A stretch of DNA of 64,000 nucleotides from an uncultured Alphaproteobacteria bacterium (GCA_947054455.1 CAMRWN010000002.1:19976-83975), one strand, 5' to 3'; positions 45,545-54,360 are shown, counted from the first letter of the stretch. The notes: generated by a model from the sequence alone, not told the origin. A program made the numbers and translations.

Positions 45545-45599
45545 GAAATAAATAAAAATGCCCAAATGGGCATTTTTATTTATTTGTAGTGGGTATAAT

Positions 45600-45785
45600 G
45601 GATCGAGCATTGCATTATTGCAAAATAATGCCAGGTTCGTCTGCGGAGTTGGCGGGAACAAGCGTGTCGGCACGGTTCCCGCCTTACGAGCGGAAAGGGG
45701 CCCGCCACGCGCCTCGTGGCGGGAATTACATTCCTGTCGCCCCGACCATAAATTCAATCGGCCCGGGGCCGGTTTAATTTTTTTG
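45600..45785 (+). ncRNA. Candidate structured small RNA downstream of tRNA-Pro
   Basis: TATAAT at 45594-45599. Hairpins at 45612-45631, 45651-45683 and 45701-45723. Terminator hairpin 45759-45771 followed by a T-run. Confidence 0.3.
45730..45748 (+). repeat. 19-bp direct repeat of the tRNA-Pro 3' end
   Basis: attcctgtcgccccgacca is identical to 45526-45544, 204 bp upstream. Confidence 0.85.
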
Positions 45786-46205
45786 ACCGCAATTTTTTTC
45801 AATAGTATCGGCGATTTGTTGTTCTATGGCGTACTGGCGCGCCGATGCGGCCGCACACGGGTCGCACTCGCGGCGCCGCTGGCCCGGGCGGCATGTGAAA
45901 GACGTACCACCGCAGTCGCCCTGAATCCGTGTGGCGATAACCTCGTCCGTGTATTGCGTGGCCAGTGCGCGGTATTCCTGTGGAACTGCGCCGGGGTTGT
46001 ATTCCCACATTTGTGTTATGCTTTCACGGGCGTGGCGTACACACGGGTCGGAATTGGTGATATGCATGACTGGTTCAATGTTGTTTTGCGGGTTCGGGTT
46101 TCCCGAATGTATAACTGTCCACGATATTATTCCAATCGACAGCACCACAACCGCAAACAGCAAAATATAGTGTGCAATTGTAAAAGAATTCGTCTGATAC
46201 GCCAT
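45774..46205 (-). CDS. Membrane-anchored protein, unknown function
   Basis: Start set at ATG 46205 (AGGTGA SD). TM is FTIAHYILLFAVVVLSIGIISW, followed by a Cys-containing domain. Confidence 0.55.
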   Translation of the reverse strand: MAYQTNSFTIAHYILLFAVVVLSIGIISWTVIHSGNPNPQNNIEPVMHITNSDPCVRHARESITQMWEYNPGAVPQEYRALATQYTDEVIATRIQGDCGGTSFTCRPGQRRRECDPCAAASARQYAIEQQIADTIEKNCGQKN

Positions 46206-46353
46206 GTTATTCACCTGTTTTTAGACATTCATATGATACCACAGGCGCGCGTCGCGAAATACGGATTTTTATTCCTGTTTGCGTTGATTTTTCGTGCGTT
46301 CTGGGGTAAAATGATACGATATCGTAAATTGCTGTAAAATATGGGGGAATGAA

Positions 46354-47238
46354 ATGTTTACAACAGAAAAATTAAAAACATTCTCTTGGGTCAACGTTGG
46401 GAACCCGGACCATGCTGATTTTGAAAAACTGCAGACTGAATATAAAATCGACGAAGACACAATATCCGACATTTTGGACCCGGATGAACAGCCGCGCTTG
46501 GAAATCGAAGACGATTACAAGGTTATTATTGTCCGTTTCCCCATTATAAACCGTGAAACCGACACATTATGGCATACCGAACCCCTGTCGATTATTTTCA
46601 TGCCAAACCGTGTTATAACCGTCTGCAGAAAGCGGTGTGATTTGCTGGATAAATTGAAAAAGGACGAAAAAACCTCTCGCGAGGAGTTTATTCTAAACAT
46701 TCTGTATTATATCGCGGAATCATACCTGCGGTTTTTAAAAGAATTGAACAAGCGTGTCTTGGAATCCAAAAAGGCGCTGCAGGAACGCATCCGCAAAAAG
46801 GAACTGATGGATTTGCTGGAGGTTGAAAACAGCTATACCCTTTATATGGCGGGAATCAAGGGGAATGTCGCGGTGCTGGACAAGTTGGAAAAGGTACGCG
46901 GCTTTGTCAAAACGGACGAGGCGCGCGAACTGGCCGAGGATGCCCGTATCGAGCTGTCCCAGGCGACCGAGGTTGTCGCCAGTTATAGCAAGATGCTGAA
47001 ATCCATCAAGGAAACATTCGAAAGCGTCATCAACATGGATTCAAACACATATATTAACCGTTTGACGATGTGGAACATTGTTCTGATGGCGCCGACGGTG
47101 ATTGTCGGATACTATGGGATGAACATGCGCCTGCCGTTTGCGCAGTACGACCAGGCCGCAATAACCATATTTGCATTGATAATGGCATTGCTGGTGGGGT
47201 ATGCAATGTTTGTATCGCTGCGCCGGCGCGTTGTGTAA
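46354..47238 (+). CDS. corA: CorA-family magnesium/cobalt transporter
   Basis: 294 aa with YGMNMRLPF (GMN motif) before the last TM. Confidence 0.85.
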   Translation: MFTTEKLKTFSWVNVGNPDHADFEKLQTEYKIDEDTISDILDPDEQPRLEIEDDYKVIIVRFPIINRETDTLWHTEPLSIIFMPNRVITVCRKRCDLLDKLKKDEKTSREEFILNILYYIAESYLRFLKELNKRVLESKKALQERIRKKELMDLLEVENSYTLYMAGIKGNVAVLDKLEKVRGFVKTDEARELAEDARIELSQATEVVASYSKMLKSIKETFESVINMDSNTYINRLTMWNIVLMAPTVIVGYYGMNMRLPFAQYDQAAITIFALIMALLVGYAMFVSLRRRVV

Positions 47239-47256
47239 ATTTGATTGTGAATTATA

Positions 47257-47286
47257 ATCGCCTCATTACGGGGCGATGTTTTTTAT
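47257..47286 (+). terminator. Terminator after corA
   Basis: atcgcc/ggcgat stem followed by a T-run. Confidence 0.55.
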
Positions 47287-47312
47287 TTGCGCAGTGCCTG
47301 TTCCGCTTCGTC

Positions 47313-47606
47313 TTAGGATACGTGCCAGTATATTCCATCCGACCAGAAATCCAGACCGAACATGAATATTTTAAGCAGCATGCTGGTCGGCATGCGCAGT
47401 TCGCCGGATTCAAATTTATGCAGAATCGATTGCGGCACGCCCATTTCTGCGGCCATCATTTGGCGCGATACGCCCAACAGGCGACGCGCCCGCGACAACA
47501 GCAACGACGGCGGCAACCCGTGCGAGAATTTTCGCCCTGCGAATTTTGAAACGTGTGGTTTTTGTACCGTTGTGCGTTCGGTTCGTTTGTTTAACTGCGT
47601 GTTCAT
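47313..47606 (-). CDS. XRE-family helix-turn-helix protein
   Basis: 97 aa. LLSRARRLLGVSRQMMAAEMGVPQSILHKFESG is an HTH_3-like segment. AGGAG SD present. Confidence 0.7.
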   Translation of the reverse strand: MNTQLNKRTERTTVQKPHVSKFAGRKFSHGLPPSLLLSRARRLLGVSRQMMAAEMGVPQSILHKFESGELRMPTSMLLKIFMFGLDFWSDGIYWHVS

Positions 47607-47625
47607 GTTTTACTCCTTGCGTTTG

Positions 47626-47722
47626 TTATAAAAACAACGCCGTCTGGAATAACCAGACGGCTGGAGGTTAACAACTACCTACGATAGTCTCGCTTATTCA
47701 TATATATCACGAGCCTCCAGCC
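47626..47722 (-). promoter_or_regulatory. Structured leader element plus terminator-like hairpin upstream of the HTH gene
   Basis: On the minus strand: GGCTGGAGG (47722-47714) pairs with CCTCCAGCC (47667-47659) and encloses a CTCG..CGAG hairpin. It is followed by a GCCGTCTGG/CCAGACGGC hairpin and GTTGTTTTT. Confidence 0.5.
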
Positions 47723-47856
47723 ATAGTGGAGTAAATGTTTATAGTCATTTCTGACTTCGTAGGAAGGGTTGTTATACCCTTGCTCCGGTTTCCCTTTGCA
47801 TTAATTATTATATCATGAAAATTGTGATATGCAAATTTATTTTACATTAATCAGGC

Positions 47857-47923
47857 GGCCGGCGGGTAAGAACTTTCAACGAGTATCGTCTCGTTTATTT
47901 ATATATATCACGAGCCACCGGCC
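47857..47923 (-). promoter_or_regulatory. Second copy of the structured element (no terminator)
   Basis: GGCCGGTGG..CCGCCGGCC outer helix. The inner CTCGTGATATATAT.AATAA.CGAGAC is nearly identical to the first copy. Confidence 0.45.
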
Positions 47924-47967
47924 ATATACCATGTATATTATAACATGAATATTTGTGTTGTGCATTA

Positions 47968-47996
47968 TAAAAATCCCCCAATCGGGGGGGATTTTT
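47968..47996 (-). terminator. Terminator after adk
   Basis: aaaaatccccc-aatc-ggggggattttt overlaps the adk stop. Confidence 0.7.
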
Positions 47997-48564
47997 ATTC
48001 GGCCAGTGCCGCCAGTATTCTGTCGAAATTATCGTTCAGTTCGCCCCTGACGTCGACGTCGGAAAACTGTATGCCATCCGCCGTGCGCAGCCATTCAATC
48101 GCCGGCATTGTCGTGTGCCAGAACGTATCCAGGCGGCGCCGAACCGCGGCGGCATCCGCATCGTCGGCGCGACCGCCGCCTTCGCTGATGCGCTTGTTAA
48201 TGCGCGCAATCATGATTTCTTCGGGAACATCCAGATACAGTATGCGTACGTTGAACCGGTCTGCAAAATTTTCAACCAGCCATTGCGCCTGGGGCAATGT
48301 GCGCGGAAAACCGTCAACCAACAGGTCTTTGTCATCCGTTATTTTTGACGCAACCAGTTTGAACAGTTCGCTGTCCGGAACCAATTCGCCGCGCGCGATG
48401 ATTTTTGCAATCTCGCTGTCCGCCGGCAGGCTGCGAAACATTGCGCCGGTTTCAATATAATTATAGTCATGGCGTTCGCGCAGCATTTTTGAAAATGTGC
48501 CCTTGCCTACGCCCTGGCCGCCCATTAAAACGATTATATCTTTTTTCATTTTTTTTATTCCCAT
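47995..48564 (-). CDS. adk: Adenylate kinase
   Basis: P-loop GGQGVGKGT, with DGFPRT and the short-LID form. Confidence 0.88.
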   Translation of the reverse strand: MGIKKMKKDIIVLMGGQGVGKGTFSKMLRERHDYNYIETGAMFRSLPADSEIAKIIARGELVPDSELFKLVASKITDDKDLLVDGFPRTLPQAQWLVENFADRFNVRILYLDVPEEIMIARINKRISEGGGRADDADAAAVRRRLDTFWHTTMPAIEWLRTADGIQFSDVDVRGELNDNFDRILAALAE

Positions 48565-48591
48565 GTTTTATTCACGGAATATTATAGAATA

Positions 48592-48629
48592 TTTAAAAAA
48601 AAATTAAAAGGGGCGATGACGCCCCTTTT
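48592..48629 (-). terminator. Terminator after rpsA
   Basis: aaaaggggcg/cgcccctttt 10-bp stem with a U-run on the minus strand. Confidence 0.75.
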
Positions 48630-48630
48630 A

Positions 48631-50319
48631 TTATTTTTTGCTGTTTTCAATCGCAGCGCCCAAGATGTCGCCCAAGACAGAGCCGCTGTCGGCCTGGTTG
48701 GCGTATTCTTTGACTGCCTGCTTTTCCAGCGTCACCTGCAGTGCGCGGATGGACAGTTTGACAGTGTTGTCTTCAACAGATACAACAGATGCTTCTACTG
48801 TGTCGCCCACTTTGAACTTGGATGTGTCCTGTTCCGCTTTTTCACGGGACAGGTCCGTGCGGCGGATAACGCCACGCGCATCGCCCGGCAGCGCCACGAT
48901 CAGTTCATCCGGTGTGATTTCGGAAACTGTTCCGGAAACAACCGCGCCCTTCTTTACAGAAACGGTGTTGCTGTCCGCACTTTCCGTCAGCTGTTTGATG
49001 CCCAGGGTTATGCGTTCTTTTTCCGGATTGATGTCCAGAATCTTGGCTGTCACTTCCTGGCCGCGGACGAACTTTTTCAGTTCTTCTTCGTCCAGTTTGT
49101 TCCATGACAGGTCGGATATGTGAACCATTCCGTCCAGTTCCGGCGTCAATGCGACGAACAGACCGAATTCGGTTGTGTTCTTAATCGGGCCGCTGACAAT
49201 GTCGCCGACGTTGTGTGTTTCCGCGAACTGTTTCCACGGATTCGGCTGCAGCTGTTTATAGCCCAGCGAAATGCGGCGTTTGTCCTGGTCGATACCCAGT
49301 ACAACTACGTTTACATCCTGGCCGCCCTGCAGAACTTTGGACGGATGTATGTTCTTGTTTGTCCAAGACAGTTCGGACATGTGAACCAGGCCTTCGATAT
49401 TGTTGCCCAGGTCGATGAACGCGCCGTAATCTGTCAGGGATGAAACCTTGCCCGATACGGTGTCGCCAACGTTGAATGCGCGCGACGCGGTATCCCACGG
49501 GTCGGCTTCCAACTGCTTTGCGCCCAGCGAAATGCGGTGCGATTCCGGATCAAACTGGATGACTTTGACTTTGATTTTTTCACCAACGTGAACCAGTTCG
49601 CGCGGGTGGTTTACGCGCTTCCATGACAAGTCCGTCACGTGCAGCAGACCGTCAATGCCGCCCAAATCAACAAACACGCCGTAATCGGTGATGTTCTTGA
49701 CCGTACCTTCGATAACTGCGCCCAGTGTGATGTTCTTCATCGCTTCCTTTTGCGCGGCCGCGATGGAATCAGACTGAATCGCGCGGCGGGATACGATTGC
49801 GTTTGTACGCAGCGCATCCATCTTCAAAATACGGAATTTGTCTTTCAGACCAATCAGCGATTTTGCATCGCGAACCGGCTTGTGGTCAACCTGGGACGAC
49901 GGCATGAATGCGAATACGCCGTTGATGTCAACGGTAAAGCCGCCGCGTACGACGTCGATAATTGTTCCTTCGGGGTCAATGCCTTCGGCCACTGTCTTTT
50001 CCAAATCTTTCCATGCCTTTTCAGCGCGGGCCTTGGTATATGACAGAATCGCCGTACCTTCGCGGGATTCATAGCGTTCAACGAAAACGTCGATGATGTC
50101 GCCGATTGCCGGAACGGACGCGCCGAATTCTTTCAGCGGAACGCGACCTTCGGATTTCAGGCCCACGTCAACCATCGCGAAATCACCGCGAATGTCTTTG
50201 ACAGTACCCTTGGTTGCATAGCCCTGCAGTGTTTCCTGATTGCCATAGTTCGCATCGAACATCTGGACGAAATCTTCGCCTGACAGGGGGTTGAATAAAT
50301 CTTTGGATAAATCTTTCAT
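48631..50319 (-). CDS. rpsA: 30S ribosomal protein S1
   Basis: 562 aa with six S1 (OB-fold) repeats (G.V..I..FGAFVDLG-type). Confidence 0.93.
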   Translation of the reverse strand: MKDLSKDLFNPLSGEDFVQMFDANYGNQETLQGYATKGTVKDIRGDFAMVDVGLKSEGRVPLKEFGASVPAIGDIIDVFVERYESREGTAILSYTKARAEKAWKDLEKTVAEGIDPEGTIIDVVRGGFTVDINGVFAFMPSSQVDHKPVRDAKSLIGLKDKFRILKMDALRTNAIVSRRAIQSDSIAAAQKEAMKNITLGAVIEGTVKNITDYGVFVDLGGIDGLLHVTDLSWKRVNHPRELVHVGEKIKVKVIQFDPESHRISLGAKQLEADPWDTASRAFNVGDTVSGKVSSLTDYGAFIDLGNNIEGLVHMSELSWTNKNIHPSKVLQGGQDVNVVVLGIDQDKRRISLGYKQLQPNPWKQFAETHNVGDIVSGPIKNTTEFGLFVALTPELDGMVHISDLSWNKLDEEELKKFVRGQEVTAKILDINPEKERITLGIKQLTESADSNTVSVKKGAVVSGTVSEITPDELIVALPGDARGVIRRTDLSREKAEQDTSKFKVGDTVEASVVSVEDNTVKLSIRALQVTLEKQAVKEYANQADSGSVLGDILGAAIENSKK

Positions 50320-50495
50320 AAGAAATGTTATACAAAGCTTGCCGTCGCCAATCTTAGCATAAATAAAGCGAGGACTTGTGGGGTTAATCGGACTGATTTT
50401 GCGCCCACCCGCAAAATCATCTGAATTATATGGAAAAGTATTTGAAAAATCAAGGATTTTTAATAAAACATCCGCGCATTGCGCGGATGTTTAAA

Positions 50496-50951
50496 TCAAC
50501 GTGCGATTATTCGCGCGCGTTCGCCATAGTCGGCATCCAGAACATAGACTTTTTGCCCGACGGAAAAGCGGACATCGTCGCCCTGGGTCAGTGTTATTGC
50601 CTTGCCGGAATCCAGTTTTACAATGTATTCCATTCCGTTTTGCGCCGACAGGCCTTCTTGTGCCTTGGAACCCAAAAATCCGCCCAATACCGCACCGCCA
50701 ACCGCGCCTATGACGTTTACCGCGGTGTTGCCGCCAATCATGGAACCGGCCGCGCCGCCGGCAACACCGCCGGCCAGACTGCCCACACCGCCGTTTTCAG
50801 TTGCAATACGAACCGGGCGCGCATTGATAATCACGCCCTCCTGGACAGAGTTAATCTGTCCTGCGGCCGATGTCTGATATCTGTCGTTGTTAAGGTTTGC
50901 CGCGCATGCGGTCAAAACCGCCGCCATGGCCAACGCAATCAATTTTTTCAT
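50496..50951 (-). CDS. Glycine-zipper outer-membrane lipoprotein (SlyB/17-kDa antigen family)
   Basis: Start set at MKKLIALAMAAVLTAC (lipobox). Contains Gly-zipper GGVAGGAAGSMIGG..GAVGGAVLGGFLG. Confidence 0.75.
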   Translation of the reverse strand: MKKLIALAMAAVLTACAANLNNDRYQTSAAGQINSVQEGVIINARPVRIATENGGVGSLAGGVAGGAAGSMIGGNTAVNVIGAVGGAVLGGFLGSKAQEGLSAQNGMEYIVKLDSGKAITLTQGDDVRFSVGQKVYVLDADYGERARIIAR

Positions 50952-51023
50952 GTTTGAATCTCCTTTGTCCTGTGATGTCAGTATACCGCCCGGCGCGCGG
51001 CATTGCAAGCGGGACAATATTCC

Positions 51024-51052
51024 ACAAAAAATCCCGCCGTCGGGCGGGATTG
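51024..51052 (-). terminator. Terminator after tig
   Basis: aatcccgcc/ggcgggatt stem with a U-run on the minus strand. Confidence 0.7.
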
Positions 51053-51056
51053 AGTT

Positions 51057-52364
51057 TTAACGGACCTCGGCCTGTTTGAACAAATCTTCGGCCTTGACTT
51101 CTTTTTCCTTTTGCTTGACGTGTGTCAGCATTGCGTCCAAGGCTTTGCGTTCGAAAATCATCCCGCGCAGCATCGCCAAGGCGTTCTGATTTTTGTTATA
51201 GAACTCGAACACCTGTTTCGGGTCCGGATAGCGCGCCGCTTCGGCCCATACGGCTTGCTGCAGGTCGTCGCGCGATACTTCAACCTTGTTCGCGGTACCC
51301 CATTCCGCCAGAATCAGGCCCAGTTTAACGCGGCGTTCGGCATCCTTGCGTTCCTTTTTGTCGTCCCATTTGTGGTCATCGCATTTGGCGTCGCAATGGG
51401 CGTGGTGTGCATCGTGTTCGCGCTTTGCCATTTCCAATTCCTGGTCGACCAGCACATCCGGCAGTTCCAGTTTCACCTTGTCCGCCAGAATGTCCAGCAG
51501 TTCGTTGCGCATGTCGCGCTGGGCCGCTTCGGCGTATTGTTCGGTCAGAATTTTGCGGATGTGTTCGCGCAATGCGTCGACGCTTTCCTGACCGACTGTT
51601 TTTGCCAGCTCGTCTGTCATTTCGGGCAGAACATGCTTGCGGATTTCATGAACTTCCACTTCGAAACGGGCGTCTTTCCCGGCCAGGTTTTCCGCATGAT
51701 ATTCTTTCGGGAATTTTACGTTTACGTCAAACTTGTCGCCGGCTTTGTGTCCGATAATCTGGTCTTCGAAACCGGGGATGAACGCACCAGAACCCAAAAT
51801 CAGATGATGTTTTTTAGCTTCGCCGCCTTCAAATGCCTCATCGCCGACAAAGCCCTTGAAATCAATGACCGCGGTGTCGCCGTTGGCAGCCTTGTATTCA
51901 GCGCCCTGCTTTTCCGCGACGCTGCGGCTTTTGCGGATGTTTTCCATGGATTTTTCAACTTCGGCTTCGTCCAGTTTGGCGACTTTTTTAACGACTGTGA
52001 ATTTTTCCAGGTCAATTGCCGGCAATGTCGGCAAGATATCAAATTCCAAGCTGTATTCGACGTCCTGGCCTACTTCCCATTTGGACAGGTCCGCCTTTGG
52101 CGCGCCGGCCAGACGGATTTTCTTTTCCGCGACAAAGTCGTTCAAATCTTTGTTCATCAATTTATCAATTGCTTCGCTGAGTGCGGACGGGTTGAATTTC
52201 TGGCGCAGCACGGACATCGGGATATGGCCCGGACGAAATCCCGGCATTTTGGCCTTTTTGCCGTATTCGGTCAGTATTTCATCGGCAGCCGCCTGCAAAT
52301 CAGCGGCGGAAATAAAACCGTTTACGGAGTAATGTAAATCTTTGATTTTTTCTTTTTTGAACAT
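51057..52364 (-). CDS. tig: Trigger factor
   Basis: 435 aa with a GFRPGHIP ribosome-binding motif region and a central FKBP-type PPIase segment. Confidence 0.9.
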   Translation of the reverse strand: MFKKEKIKDLHYSVNGFISAADLQAAADEILTEYGKKAKMPGFRPGHIPMSVLRQKFNPSALSEAIDKLMNKDLNDFVAEKKIRLAGAPKADLSKWEVGQDVEYSLEFDILPTLPAIDLEKFTVVKKVAKLDEAEVEKSMENIRKSRSVAEKQGAEYKAANGDTAVIDFKGFVGDEAFEGGEAKKHHLILGSGAFIPGFEDQIIGHKAGDKFDVNVKFPKEYHAENLAGKDARFEVEVHEIRKHVLPEMTDELAKTVGQESVDALREHIRKILTEQYAEAAQRDMRNELLDILADKVKLELPDVLVDQELEMAKREHDAHHAHCDAKCDDHKWDDKKERKDAERRVKLGLILAEWGTANKVEVSRDDLQQAVWAEAARYPDPKQVFEFYNKNQNALAMLRGMIFERKALDAMLTHVKQKEKEVKAEDLFKQAEVR

Positions 52365-52471
52365 CAGATTCCCCTATGAAATGTGTATTGCGCAGTGATT
52401 ATACACACTTTTTTACCAAACGCAATATAAAGTTGCCGCGGTTATGCGGCAATCATACATTAATTTATTTT

Positions 52472-53260
52472 TTATAAGTACAGGTTGAAATTTTTGGAAC
52501 GCTGTTTCGCCGCCCTTTCACGCAGGTCTCGCAGTATCCCACACCGGCGTGCCATTCTAAACGCCATTGTTTCTGCCGTGATTGGCTGCATGAAATTTCC
52601 AGCATAGGATGCTTTGCGATTATGGGTCAGTCGCGCCAGAAAGGTTTCGATGAAATCTGGGGCCATTTTATCGCGTCGGATTTTTTTATACATTTTCTGT
52701 ATTTTACGAAATTTGACACGCGCATCGCGTCGTATCTGTCGTACTTCATCCGGCTTCAACAATTCGGGTCGTCTAATCCATTCGTCGCGAGCCAAGGAAT
52801 ACGCGCTGCCAACTTTGTATATGTTTTCGCCGTATCGAGGACTTGAAACATCTGCTACTTCTATATCAACGCCGCGGCCGCAAATTTTTATTCTATAATT
52901 TCGCAACCAAGCACCTAATGCCGATTTCAGCAATGGATATATCTCTACGCCTGGGAAAGTTTCGCTCATCTTGCTTAAGTCCGCAACAATACAGATATCG
53001 ATGTCGCTGGTGTCATCATAATAATAATTTGATGTTGAACCGTGTATAAAAATGTCATTAATCATGCTGTCCGGCAATGGGAAACCAACATGCTGAAGAT
53101 ATCTGATGTAATTCCATGCCACTAGTTGCAATGCGTTTGACGTCAATGTATTCATATTCCCGTCAGTATTCCAAATGCGCGGGTCCAATTTGGTGTTATA
53201 AATAAATTTTGCACGATGTTTAAATTTAAGCTTCTGTAGAACTGCTGCTAGATTCGTCAT
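52472..53260 (-). CDS. Pol-beta-superfamily nucleotidyltransferase-fold protein
   Basis: HGSTSNYYYDDTSDIDICIV is a GS-x(n)-DxD NTase signature. The C-terminal half is basic and helical. Start set at ATG 53260 (AAGGAA SD); the ORF-track start is 53323. Confidence 0.55.
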   Translation of the reverse strand: MTNLAAVLQKLKFKHRAKFIYNTKLDPRIWNTDGNMNTLTSNALQLVAWNYIRYLQHVGFPLPDSMINDIFIHGSTSNYYYDDTSDIDICIVADLSKMSETFPGVEIYPLLKSALGAWLRNYRIKICGRGVDIEVADVSSPRYGENIYKVGSAYSLARDEWIRRPELLKPDEVRQIRRDARVKFRKIQKMYKKIRRDKMAPDFIETFLARLTHNRKASYAGNFMQPITAETMAFRMARRCGILRDLRERAAKQRSKNFNLYL

Positions 53261-53795
53261 AGATGTTCCTTTTATATCCATTGCCGTTGTCAATATTGCA
53301 GCTGGCATAACATGTGTTGCCAACCATAATGTATCCGTTGGAACAGCCGCTTATAGAACATCCCAGTTCCCATTCCCCATACTTTTCATTGCATTTTTGT
53401 GTGCCCACAGCGCCGCCCGATGTGCATGTTCGTGTTTGGCCCTTGGTGCATTGAACCGTGCATGTCCCCTTTTTTGTTACCCAAGCGGGATATAAATCCC
53501 AGTCGCTTTTTATTTGGTTCCATATTCTGTCGACTTCGCATTCTATGTCATAATATATAGATGAATTGTTATCGCACATACATGTTATTCTGTCGCCTTC
53601 GAGATAGTCTACTTGGTCTCCTCCGTTTCGGCAATACGTCGATACCTTACCTACGCATTTCACAGTTGATGCCATTGCGATGCCGGAATTTTTCAAGCCA
53701 AGTGCAGAGCGTATAAAGTTTGAGAATGGCATGAAATACAGTGTTAAAAACATTGTTGCGATACGCATCCAAAAACATTTGATTTTCTTTGCCAT
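53226..53795 (-). CDS. Secreted cysteine-rich protein (paralog family)
   Basis: 189 aa with a hydrophobic N-terminus and many Cys (..CSNGYIMVGNTCYASC..). Confidence 0.6.
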   Translation of the reverse strand: MAKKIKCFWMRIATMFLTLYFMPFSNFIRSALGLKNSGIAMASTVKCVGKVSTYCRNGGDQVDYLEGDRITCMCDNNSSIYYDIECEVDRIWNQIKSDWDLYPAWVTKKGTCTVQCTKGQTRTCTSGGAVGTQKCNEKYGEWELGCSISGCSNGYIMVGNTCYASCNIDNGNGYKRNIYDESSSSSTEA

Positions 53796-53812
53796 TTTTG
53801 TTTGCTCCTTAC

Positions 53813-54157
53813 TTATTGTTTATAATTGCAATTGCTTGTAAAGACATATTCGCCGCTGGCGTCAGAAAAAATTATATCTTTTGGTATATAACATCCGGTT
53901 ATTTTAACGAGTGGTGTGTCCGGGTTTGTTTTACCGTTTTGGACACTGCCATCTGCTTTCAGCATTCCGGGACATTTGAGACATTTTGTAGAATAACTGC
54001 GGCTAGTTGCTGCGTCATAAACATCACTATCCCCATAATAGCCGATATCACACGATAGTGCGACGCATTTTGTTATATATGAGGCGGCGACATTGGATTG
54101 TGCAAATACAGATATTGATAATAATACAAGACAGAATATGAAATATTTGTTTCGCAT
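53813..54157 (-). CDS. Small secreted cysteine-rich protein (paralog family)
   Basis: Start set at MRNKYFIFCLVLLSISVFAQS. CDIGYYG..CLKCP..ITGCY..TSNCNY is colinear with the C-terminus of 21413-22057. Confidence 0.7.
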   Translation of the reverse strand: MRNKYFIFCLVLLSISVFAQSNVAASYITKCVALSCDIGYYGDSDVYDAATSRSYSTKCLKCPGMLKADGSVQNGKTNPDTPLVKITGCYIPKDIIFSDASGEYVFTSNCNYKQ

Positions 54158-54300
54158 TTTATAAAACTCCACCCTATTGCCTAATCCAAACCACCGTTTG
54201 GATTAGGCAGAATCAGGCGGATAAAAATCCCGGGGAACCGGGAAAACAAACAAATAAAAAAACACCACCACAAACGGTGGTTTGGATTAGGCAGGTCAAA
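54158..54300 (-). promoter_or_regulatory. Structured leader with two terminator-like hairpins and alternative pairings
   Basis: On the minus strand CCTAATCCAAAC occurs twice (54291 and 54207) and competes for GGTGGTTTGGATTAGG (54195-54180). CCACC/GGTGG plus U-run at 54252-54280; TCCCGG/CCGGGA plus U-run at 54221-54243. Confidence 0.5.
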
Positions 54301-54360
54301 AATGACCACAGGTTTGCAATTATATATTTTTGATAATCTTATGTCAAACGGTATAAATAA

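Noticed and set aside
45600-45750. Idea that the structured region ending in ...cctgtcgccccgacca is a piece of a permuted two-piece alphaproteobacterial tmRNA.
   Set aside because: There is no T-arm pairing upstream of the acceptor-like end, no alanine-type GGGG acceptor partner, and no tag reading frame. The 19 nt are an exact copy of the tRNA-Pro 3' end, which is better explained as an att-type duplication.
45558-46337. 259-aa plus-strand ORF spanning the tRNA-Pro downstream module and beyond.
   Set aside because: The translation is R/C-rich and implausible. It overlaps structured non-coding hairpins and the opposite-strand 143-aa membrane protein, which has a good SD and TM helix.
51111-52337. 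408-aa plus-strand ORF.
   Set aside because: It is antisense to the clearly recognisable trigger factor gene, and its F/V/R/Q-rich translation is typical of a shadow frame.
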